Part shown: positions 32,700 to 42,703 of the stretch, piece by piece
How the letters are laid out: every line of letters begins with the position of its first letter
How positions within the stretch are numbered: the first letter of the stretch is position 1
NCBI RefSeq assembly: GCF_902459465.1
Contig: NC_047081.1
Coordinates: 11,119,298 to 11,162,000 of the forward strand
Direction of reading: 5' to 3'
DNA: 42,703 nucleotides
Source of the DNA: Asterias rubens
Lineage: Eukaryota
Position numbers and translations under genes: made by a program
The notes under the pieces: model-generated
What the model was told of the DNA's origin: nothing
Seen by the model: only the letters and a program-made list of their open reading frames with translations
Databases searched by the model: none

Positions 32700-32908
32700 T
32701 CCCTTAACATGGAGAACAAAGGACTACGATCACAATAAATCATAGTTGGAACATTTTGTAAGAAACCTTTTTTTTGGAGTCCTAACAATTTGTTTGCCAA
32801 ATTTTAACCAATGGTTCAATGTTTCGTAAACCTCGGGTCTGGGACCGTTGGGAGGATTTAGGGTCATGAAACATTAAGTTTTCGAGAATTTTTATATAAC
32901 CATCTGAC

Positions 32909-33035
32909 TTTTCCTAGAAAGTCTACCAAGTTAACTCAGTCACCAACAGGAATTTTACTAGAAAGTCTACCAAGTTAACTCAGTCACCAACGGGAATTTT
33001 CCTAGAAAGTCTACCAAGTTAACTCAGTCACCAAT
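32909..33035. repeat. 3 x 44-bp tandem repeat
   Basis: CTAGAAAGTCTACCAAGTTAACTCAGTCACCAA at 32914, 32958 and 33002. Confidence 0.95.
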
Positions 33036-33276
33036 GGGAGAAACTCGTTTTGATACACCAAAGTGTAGGATAATTGCTTTACTGTAAAATAATTTGTGCA
33101 AAACTACAATTCCACAAATCAAATCAAACTTCTTAAATGAATAATTTGAATCCATTGTTTTCCTACCAGATTCTCTGGAGCCGAAATGGCATACTCTCTC
33201 CGATGTCTCTATACGATGTAATTCATTTCAAGATTTTTAAAGAGGAGGGAGAACTTGCCAGAGTTTGCCAGCAAAC

Positions 33277-34919
33277 ATGTCTGCCTCGGCAGATGTGTCC
33301 CTGAGCAAAGGGAGCCAGCCGAAAAGTAAGCGGTCCTTCATTGCCCGCCTGCCGTCTTTCCGCAAGAAAAAACATACTCCAGCTAAGGAGTCGGAACTTG
33401 ATATGCACTTAAGGAGTGCAGAGGAGGATCTGAATGGTGGTGTGAAGATAAGGCCCCCTAGCCAGGTCAAAAATCGCAAGGATGACAACGTGAAGAGGAA
33501 GTCCAAAACGTCTTCGATTGTCGCGAGCTACGAGAAGCGTTTGAGTGATCTGAAGGATGAAGAGAGCAGAACTAATGGTAAAAAAAATGGAAATGGAAAA
33601 ACATCTCCTGTGGACAATGGCGGGAAACAAAGTCCCCAGGGTGGGGCTACCACAACGACGACCCAAAAATCCTCGCGGTTTGGCTTTGGTTTTGCCTGGC
33701 AGAAAATCTCTTCTTTCGAGAACGGCAGTGGCAAAAAGACAGAGTCAAAAAAGCAAAGGGACGAATTGAATGCAAACATCCAGCAAGCTAGGGGTAACAT
33801 CAAGAGCCTGAGTTTGGACCTGGAATTACCCCATGGCTCCCCGCCAGACAGGGAGTCGACGAGTAGCGTCAAAACGCCGGAGAGTGATCGCAGCTCCTGC
33901 AGTTCAAACAGTAGTTTCAAAGTCTACGGGCAACCCATGCTGTACAAAAGTGTCTTCAGTGACGAGCCGAGGGGGCTTAAACGCCAGGCCAGCAGCAGCC
34001 AATCAGAGGGTTTTAACTCCAGCGGGATAAGCTTGTCAAGCTCTACATCCCCGCTGCATGATAAACTGAGAACTGCTGGAAGTGCAGCAACCCATGTTGA
34101 TAACTCTGAAAGCATATCACGGCTGACTCAGATGAACAGAACTTTCAGCAAAGAAGACAGCGGTGGTGGCGTTAATCCCAGTATTCATGATCGGACATAT
34201 CCTATCGAAGAATCACCGACTTGTATTGTGAACACTACTTTCAAGCTGGAGCCCGGAGACTACAGTGCTGAGAACACTGGAACGTCTGTCGAGCAGGAGT
34301 TACCTCAAAGTTCTCCCGGGGTGGTCAGGAAGGAAAACTCAATTTCCTGTGCTCGGGATCCTCCAATCAGTACAGCAGTAGTAAAGGATGGTGACGCGCC
34401 ATGCGAGTCAGGATCTCAGTCCAGGGCACTCGATAAAGTCACTCTGCTGAGGCAAGACGTTTCCCGACCGAGCGCTGCTAGCCCAGCCCAAGATATCCCG
34501 AAGGAAATCAATCCGCTGTTTGCTTGCATTAAAAATACTGATCCTTTGGTATCGCCAAGACATCGACCTACCTCAAACACTATGGGGGCTGTCCAGTCGT
34601 CCGCGGATGCTTTTTCCACGCCTGCAAGACCAGTTGAACTTCCCCTGCACCTCCGGAACCCCCACATCAGCGCCATAAAGCACTGTTCGGAGTCCCTGGA
34701 CTCCTGCGAACTGGACTCGTTGTGTTCGGAGGACCTCATGTGCGACAGCCGGTACCTGGATGACGACATGTTTGATACGAGAGACGAGTCGTGTCACCTT
34801 AGTCGCAGCTTGAGTGTGGAGGAAACGGCGGCCATGCACAGGGCACAACTTGGCTGGTCGGGTCGGGCCAGGGCCGTCAGCGTGGATCAGTTGCCGACTA
34901 ACTCCAGTCTGGAAAAAAG
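33277..34919 (+). CDS. First coding exon of a CCSER1/2-like serine-rich coiled-coil protein (gene continues downstream)
   Basis: Long, GC-richer open frame. Acceptor CCAG ends at 33169, an in-frame TAA lies at 33238-33240, ATG is at 33277, and the donor is AG|GTGGGT at 34920 (phase 2). From recollection of the family, N-terminal KRSFIARLPSFRK resembles CCSER1 RRSTLVSRLPIFRR, and LDSCELDSLCSEDLM resembles the CCSER SCELDEDDLML motif. Confidence 0.7.
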
Positions 34920-36479
34920 GTGGGTCATAAAAACTACACACAGGATATGCCCCTCTTACTCCTAACTCAATAAATCTGCAATGTGTAATAGGGAGGACAG
35001 ATGTGAGTAAGTCTGGGTCCTTTAATTGTTGGATTAGGTCTCCAGCGCTGTTTAAATGAGAGAATGAGTAATTTCCCTGTCAGAATGGTTTAGTCTGACA
35101 TTTAGTGTTGAGGCGCTACGTCTGTTGTTTTCCAGTTTAAATTGAGGATTTACTGTCAGACTATAATGTACTGTACAATGTACTTTTAAAATAACAAACA
35201 GACACTCCCAATTGCCTTTATTGGTATTGTAAATGTTTTACAGGCAAACTTTGCATTTTGAACACCCCTGTAAACTGACCAGCATGAAATTCCAAAAGTG
35301 CACGTCGGTTTTTAATAAGTTCCGGGTGCCCACTTAAACACCTTCTTCTCCTTCCAGGTATCTCCAGGCGCACTTGTTACCATTCTCTATTCCTTCAAAA
35401 TCCAACTGCATGTTTTGTATTTGATTCTGTTGAACTGAAGACTGCACTCATAAATTGCTTTTCATGGGTTGAGGACAGGCCTGGGATTACCCAGAGGTCA
35501 TATGGAGGCCTTGGCCTCTGTTACCCTGGTCTTGGCCTTGGTGCCCCTCTAGCAGTTTCATATAGACTTTAAGACCACTTAGTGCTCAGTTGTTTTTGAA
35601 AACTAAGCATTTGGCAAGCAAACCAACTGTTAGGAGAATTTCATTTTGCTACAGTATGTCAACGAATTAGGTATTTCAAAAGCATAATTTTATGTACAAT
35701 GTGTCACTATATCAGTACAAATTTCTTGTGTCAGAACATGTTGTAGCATGGTTGTAGTGTACATTATGATACATTGTAACAATGTTGGCCTATCACATTA
35801 GGAAGCAGTGATCAGTGCAGCAGATCAGGAAGCATGGAAATCGCAGACAACAAAGCATAGTTTGTTTCACTTGTATTTGAAGTGTTTCATTTCTACACAC
35901 ACAGTACAAAGAAATATGACCAACCATGAAGTGCAGTGTATCAATTCATGCATTCAGATTTTCACAACCTTTTCCTTTTATTTAGCTGACAAACATGACA
36001 AAAGAAATGAAATTACACTATTGTACCATGGAGGAATGATTTATTCTTCCATGATTGTACATTGTACATGAAGGCTACTTGACTTACACATGTATAGCGA
36101 GTACAATACGTACAAAACACAGTGTGTAATCTCCATAATGGATTAAAAATGGGAACAGTTGTGCACAGTTTATTATTATAACTATTACTAATAACAACAC
36201 AGTGCGTGAATTATTTGTGTTTATTACAGTGTATAGTTAGTACCCATGTAGGCCTAGTAGGATTTGTACAATAAGCTGAACTTGCAGCTCTCCCCAATGA
36301 CTGTTCATTATTAATCCACACAGGCTGGGCCGCTATGCTACCCAGTGACGTCAGAAGCCGATAAGTACTGCATTCAGCCCTGACTCACTGCGCCATATGC
36401 TTCGGCAATTACTTACAGTACAGTTGATATTCCCAAATAGTCTGAAAAATGTAGATGTTTTGAATAGTACACTGGAAAA

Positions 36480-37100
36480 AAGTACATGTTAGGAAACGAA
36501 CCGTGAAAGATCTGCCATGATGCAATTAACAATATGAGGAAATGTATTGAGACATTTTTGATGTTGATAATAATATTTTACATGACACATTGTTAAATAA
36601 AAGAGTTTTTTCCCCATTCTAATTACATTGGAAAACTAGGAAACGAACCGTGAAAGATCTGTTCCTACGGGATGCAATTAACAAAATGAGGAATTTTATG
36701 TAGAGAAAGTTTTTGATGTTGATTATAATATTTAATGACAAGTATGTATTATCAAAATAAAAGAGTTTTTTAACCTACGCCATTATTCAAACAAGTATTG
36801 TAAAAGTACAAATTAGGACACGAACCGTGAAAGATCTGTCCTACGGGGTGCAAAAATGAGGAATTTTATGGAGACATTTTTGATATTGATTATAATATTT
36901 TTATGACACATTAAAAAAAGAGACAAATTCACCACACTATTGCTAGCAAAACTATACCTGTCAGATGTGTACAAGTACACTGGAAATTAAGTACACATTA
37001 AGAACCGTGAAACATCTCTCCTGGTGGGGTGCAATATAACGAAATGAGGAAAATTTATAGTAAGGACAATTTTGATGTTGATTACAATCTTTTATGACAC
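36480..37100. repeat. Degenerate tandem array, 4 units of about 150-185 bp
   Basis: (GA)ACGAACCGTGAAAGATCTG...AATGAGGAA...TTTTGATGTTGAT recurs at about 36495, 36642, 36818 and 37002. Confidence 0.8.
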
Positions 37101-38959
37101 ATGATCTGAAGATGTTTTTGTGTTCCCCTGCTATTGCCAGCAAGATTGGTCGTTGAAGGTGCCTGCTTGTTAATTCTATTATTTATTTCGTTACTTTTTG
37201 CCCATAATTAGATAGTGTGTTAGCATTGTATTCTCAGTGCTCATGTACCCGAGCTCTGGGAAAAAACAAATCACAGGCGTACTGTATATTTATTACTGGG
37301 TGGGATTCATTATTGTTACATTCTGCAACCCTGCATGTACTTGGCTTGTTTACAGGTGCACCAAAACAGGTGTTTTCTGTAGCCTAAAGTTGTGGGTTGA
37401 TTGTTTTGTGTGCAATGACACACAAGAGAGCACATAAGGGCACTGTCAGCAAACTACACTACACTGTAGAATTCCCTTGAATGTTATTCTTAATACACTA
37501 TCTTAACTTGTAAACAACTATATGCTCAGCATGCAGTAAACACAGACTTTGAAACATGAGACCTTACAGACCTTACATGCACCATCTTTTTGTGTTTTAA
37601 GTGCGAACAAAACTGTTTGTTCTGCCACCATGTTCAATGTTATCACTTGTGGGAGGCAGGGAAAGGGTACAATGTTCTAGAATGATCTTCATTTTAGCAT
37701 GTACGTGATGTGTCATGAGACATGTACTCGCTGAATTCAAGACCATGTCCCAACAGAGTTGATTTGATGATCCTTTGTTAGGCCTATAAGTTGGTTCCTT
37801 ATCGCCTGTCGAAAAGAAAAGAAAAACCATGTTAAAATAGAAATTAGTCCTGTACGTAAAAACATACACATGTCAATTTTTCTGCGGACAACCTGAGTCA
37901 GTGGTCATGTGTTTGTACTTGGTGTGGCTGCACTTAATTTGTATTCTGTCATGATAAGTAAAAGGAATACAGTTACATGTAATGTAAATTGTAATTAAGC
38001 TACCGCGGAGTCTTTGTACAGTGCATTCATTAATTTGTGTCGACACTGTATAAATAGTGTAGACTGTAGGCGTAATGAAGACATTTATGTAACCATGAGA
38101 ATTTTGTTTTTGTTCTTCCGTGAGAATGGATTTTACAACCTTGGTTCACTTGTACGAGCGTACATATACATGTATATAGTACAATGTATATGTTTATCCC
38201 CCACAATAGCCCCATGCATAATGTAGTTAACACTAATGGTAGTGTGTGCATTTTGAATTATTCATAAATAATACAAAATACAATGGGGTACCTGTCAGCA
38301 TTTTTAACAAGAGATGGGCATGTTAAATTGATTGATGTGTGAATTCACCAACTTTGAGCTGTCATCATTTTGCATGTCAGCCTGTATACATGTGTATGTA
38401 CGTCTAGGCCTACGTACGTGTATTGAATATAATGACAGCTCTAAATGTGGATTTACTTGTAAGGATTTTGAGTGTTGTTGTGACAATCATAACCCTTCAA
38501 CCTAAATAGATACTGAACTGTACAGTAGAATCGTTTGTTTTTTTAATCGCTTCCAAGAATTAGGGAAACATAACAAAACAATAACATGGTCCTTTAATTT
38601 CCTAATGAGAAAGGAACTGTACTGTACATCCGGAGTCAAATCCTAGGCTAGGTGTTCATTTTTATATAATCTGCATTTAACCGAATCAATATTGTACTAG
38701 TGTCCTTGAAAATAGGTTTCCAGTAATTGTTTTGCTAATTACAGAGTAATCAATATTTTGTGTATTATGATAAATTTGGCAGCTGCAGCAAAAGTGGACT
38801 TCCATCAAGTAGGCTATTGTTGTTAGTTCATGTATTTGTACATGATGTGTGGGGGTGGTGAATGCAATAAATTGTGTAACATTCTCATGTTTTGAATTTT
38901 TAAAAATCAATAACACCATTCCCCTCCTGCATGTTTTTACATCTAATTTCTCACCCTAG

Positions 38960-39127
38960 GGTCGGCGTGACCAGGGGTCTGGCACCGTCACCCCTGGGGT
39001 TACCCCCTGGACGGAGAGGGGGTAGTAGGAACTACCCCGCCCACCCAGTGCCGGACGAGGGATGCCAGTCGCCTGTGGAAGAGCTTCAGTTTCTCATTAA
39101 CAGTTCTAGTTATCGTGATTCAGACAG
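38960..39127 (+). CDS. Probable downstream coding exon of the CCSER-like gene (168 nt, phase 2-2)
   Basis: GC-rich island with acceptor CTAATTTCTCACCCTAG and donor AG|GTACAC. Only the frame compatible with the phase-2 donor at 34919 is open (RVGVTRGLAPSPLG...EELQFLINSSSYRDSDR). Confidence 0.6.
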
Positions 39128-40621
39128 GTACACTTTGCAGTGTGTAGTTTTTTTTCTCTCACTTTGTGTGCGGTGCTTTGCAATGTTTTCTTCCCGGGTT
39201 TTTGGTGCTGGATTGCTTAACATTCTTTATCTGTCAGCTGCTACATGTTAACAGTATTTCCTTTGTACATGTAGATGGTATAGGATAGGCCATGAATTCG
39301 TTCCCGAAGGGCATGCACATTTTTCCTCTAGTGAAGGGCTCTCCAGATGAGGAAAATGTAAAGTTGTAGCGGAACTTTGCAAAGGGCACCACAGCAAAAG
39401 CACAGGGCACTCTGACAATTGCTGTAGATGCCGTTTGTTGGTTCGAGTCCAGTCACAGAAAAATGCTACACAAAATGTATCAAGTTTGCTACTCGAAAAT
39501 CATCAATATTATTGGCCTCATTGGTCTCTGTGTAAGGTGGGTTTGGCTGGAAGGTGGGGAGCTTGCTACCTACACAAGAGTTATCCCCAGGATGAGTCAT
39601 ACATGTAGCCCCTTCGCTAAACAACTACTGTAACCTGTTTGCCTCGTTCATGTTTCTAGGTGAAAATGAGACTGCAATTTTCCCAACCACTCTCTGTGAA
39701 TTTGCTTCCTGCAGAAGAAGTGCCCTTTGCAAAACGGCCTTGCCCTCTTCAAAGCTGAAATTCCAGGCCAGATAAAATGGCTGACTTGTTAGTCGGGAAA
39801 ATTGATTCTACCTTTGTCTCTGCTTTGCTTTAGAAAGTAACTTTCTATGTAGATTATTTTCTACTCTTTTTGCAGTTCACTTTGCAATCTCTTTTAGCAG
39901 TTTAGCCGTTTTTAAGCTCAGGTACATGTACTTGCAGTATTACCAACTGACAGCAGTTCCACTGATCATTGCTTTGCCAACCCACTGTTAAAAGGCAGGT
40001 TATACTTTTGGTAATTAGTGCACTCCACAAGTTAACGACCATAAAAAACTTACTTGGTAAAGACCAATAGAGGGCTGTTGATATCATAAAACATTATTAG
40101 AAACAACACCCTTTGTAATCATTAGTTTTGGAGAAAGAGATAATTTTTCATCCCAAAAATTTGAATCTGAGAAGGGCCTCAAGCATGAAGACTTTCTCAA
40201 GAACCTCAATAGGCATCTGAAAGCACCTAAGCAACACACGTGGGTTTGTTGGGGGTCATCTTGCAACTTTGAAGACCAATTTTCACAGTTCTTCCCAGAC
40301 TTGTCATTTTATGTATACGTTGGGATTCACCAAATGAGGATACTGTTCTTTGACAATTACCAAAACTATAACCCTGCCTTTAACTCGGCCATGTCTTCGC
40401 TTGGCATCATCGCCTCACACCTCACTCATTCTCTGCTTTTTTTCTGTTCTCTTGATAGTTTGAACAGTTTGAGTGTTTAAATCTTCAGCACCTGGTGGTT
40501 TTGCTTTGTTGGGTCTTCGCACCTCTCTTGCTGCTTAGCTGCATGTCTTTGATTGCACTAACGACACTCTTTTTCTTCACAGATTCCCTACTGCTTTCTT
40601 GTTGCATATGGCAAAATTACC

Positions 40622-40910
40622 TGGGGTCGATTTCATAAAGAGCTAAGACGATCTTAACTGTGTATCACTATTAGTTGCTGAGCAAAGTGTGATGTCACAA
40701 TACAAATCACCATGGTGATACTGGCAACTTATCTTAAGATTAATTTTAGAGCTTTGTGAAATCCAGCCACGGGGCCGATTTGACACAGAGGCTAATATTG
40801 ATCTTGACCGTGTATCAATTTTAGTTGCTAAGCAAAGTGTGATGTCACTATACAAATCACCATGGTGATACTGACTCGTCATAAGATGAACCTTGGTGCT
40901 TTGTGAAACA
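40622..40910. mobile_element. Two tandem diverged MITE copies
   Basis: GGGG(T/C)CGATTT...TAGTTGCT(G/A)AGCAAAGTGTGATGTCAC(A/T)ATACAAATCACCATGGTGATACTG...GCTTTGTGAAA starts at about 40623 and 40771. Confidence 0.7.
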
Positions 40911-41004
40911 CTTGTGCCTGTTTGTACAGTGAGTACAACTAGGTTGAATAATATTAACTTCTTGTGCTTTATCTCAAAATAGTAACACCTTAAAGATGTA
41001 CTTT

Positions 41005-41350
41005 TACTGCTGTTTCATTTTTTTGTGGGGATGGGGAGGTTGGAGTAGGGAAAGGGCTGGGGAGCGGCATGGTGAGCGTGTGGATCTTATGTATGTAAAT
41101 TATATACACCTTCATTGGCACCTTGAGCTGCATTTCAGTAGAGATCTACATACGTGTGTACTGCTGTGTCATTTTTTTTCTTGGGGTTTGGGAGGCTGCA
41201 GTTGGGGACAGGGTTAGGTAGGGTGGGATAGAGGAGATTGTGGGCGTGTGTAGATCATTTGTATGTAATGTATCGCCTACATTGGCACCATGAATTCTCA
41301 CTTTAATAGTAACACCCTACATATACTGCTGTGTCATTTTTGTGGGGATG
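41005..41350. repeat. G-rich degenerate tandem repeat, period about 155-165 bp
   Basis: TACTGCTGT(T/G)TCATTTTT recurs at about 41006, 41159 and 41324. Confidence 0.6.
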
Positions 41351-42703
41351 TTGCTACATGTAGAACACAGCTGCTCAAGCAAAAAATATTGCTTTCAAAT
41401 TTTGAGCCAAATTTGCAGGGGCCCCCAGTCAGAAATGGTGCATGTAACCTTATTTTGGCAAGCGTAATGTTGTTGATGCTTAACTGTTTATTGCGCTTTG
41501 CAGCTCTATGAAATTGGGCCCAGGTCTATAATACAATATACTATGTGAGCCTATGTTCTGTGGGGCATTACACTTTTTTTGCAAAGTCCTAGCTGATCCT
41601 GTCTGAACTTGTCTGAACTTGGCAAAGATAGTGACAGTGTAGATCCAGGTCCCTAAACCATGAAAACCTTTGGGACCGCTTACACTTTTTTTCTGCAAAG
41701 TCCCGGCTGAACCTGTCTGAAGCTTTCTAAAGTCGTAACAGACTGATCATAAACACTAAGCTGACGAGGGATTAAGATATAACCTACATTGGGTTTTAGT
41801 CAGAACCAGGATAACTGACACATACATTAATGCGACCCTGGAAGTTACACCCTGGGAGCCAACCAAAATAGTTCGTTGAAATTCCCTTTAGAAAGAAAAA
41901 AAAATTGCTGGTTTTATGCATGGAAATGAAAGAAGTATAAATTTTTTTTGTAAAATGTCACTTTCATAATCCAGTTCTGGAAGTTTGAGCATAATCGGTC
42001 AAAAAGTGGCTGCACTTTTTTGCAGGAAAAAAATGAAGAAAAAAAGGTTGAGCAGATTCATGGTTTGGTTATCGTTTAAAGTTGTTTTACACCACAGCCT
42101 CAACTTTGTCTATATAGCAGGGTTGGCCTTTTTACTTTTGTCAGTGACCTACAGCAGGGTTTGCCCCTTTAACTGTTTTTTTTAAATGTGGGACCAGTTA
42201 GCGCAGCATTAAACTAGTCTGTCAACTTTTTCATTATTAGTCCAAACATTTGGTTTTCAAATATAAAAGGTTGATCGACAAAAATGTATTATACCGTGTG
42301 CTTTGGTGTAATCTTAAATGCAGGACTAAACTAATTCTACCTCCATGGACTAATAATGTGACTTACTGCATACTTTTACAAATAAAATAAGGGTCGGCCA
42401 TAACTTGAAAGCTAAAGCATTTCCCAGATGGTGGAAATACATGTAGAAGAGATCTTTCACTTTTTATTTCGCGCTTGAGTTGAACACATCAATAAAACAA
42501 AATTTAAAGTGAAAAAAAAAAAAAACATGTTTTTTTAAAACATCAATATATTGTATGACGCAGACAGAAACACAAACTCCATGTACTCATGGTGTTATAT
42601 TTATAAAAGTGGGATTTTTTTTCTATGTTGATGGTTAATGTTTACCACATGTCACAATAGAATTACTCTATTTTTTTCCCTCGACAATTCCAAGGTTGGT
42701 GCC

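Noticed and set aside
33223-34941. Several minus-strand and alternative-frame ORFs overlapping the CCSER-like exon
   Set aside because: These are expected shadow ORFs of a long GC-richer coding exon.
34992-35002. Possible 11-nt micro-exon (TAG|GGAGGACAGAT|GTGAGT) after the large CCSER-like exon
   Set aside because: It has no polypyrimidine tract, and it would shift the phase away from the phase-2 exon at 38960.
35358-35424. Acceptor CTTCTTCTCCTTCCAG followed by a short open frame to TGA
   Set aside because: It could be an alternative terminal exon, but the peptide is uninformative and cannot be supported without transcripts.

Overview
AT-rich eukaryotic genomic DNA with GT-AG introns. It is an invertebrate deuterostome, and the MITE/SINE landscape suggests an echinoderm (inference only). 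I reconstructed four intron-containing genes by hand, checking splice phase across every junction. (1) A 3-exon SLC35D3-like nucleotide-sugar transporter (+, 730-3849). (2) A 4-coding-exon TGN38/TGOLN2-KCT2 family type-I membrane protein (-, 8223-13563) with a Cys-rich N-terminal domain and 69 tandem DQPQVG-type repeats. (3) A complete 24-exon lysosomal alpha-mannosidase, MAN2B1 (+, 14310-29336, 993 aa), head-to-head with gene 2. (4) The 5' part of a CCSER-like Ser-rich protein gene (+, from 33277, running off the window). Introns and intergenic DNA are dense with non-autonomous elements: TTAA-flanked Kolobok-type MITEs, PIF/Harbinger-type MITEs, tRNA-derived SINEs, a 5'-truncated R4/Dong retrotransposon abutting (TAA)n, and local tandem duplications. 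I see no prokaryotic-type system, CRISPR array, rRNA or convincing tRNA gene. The most unusual items are the TGN38/KCT2-like protein architecture, the shared promoter with tandem MiT/TFE-type boxes, a MITE family carrying paired CTCF-like motifs, and a nested MITE with an 8-bp target duplication.
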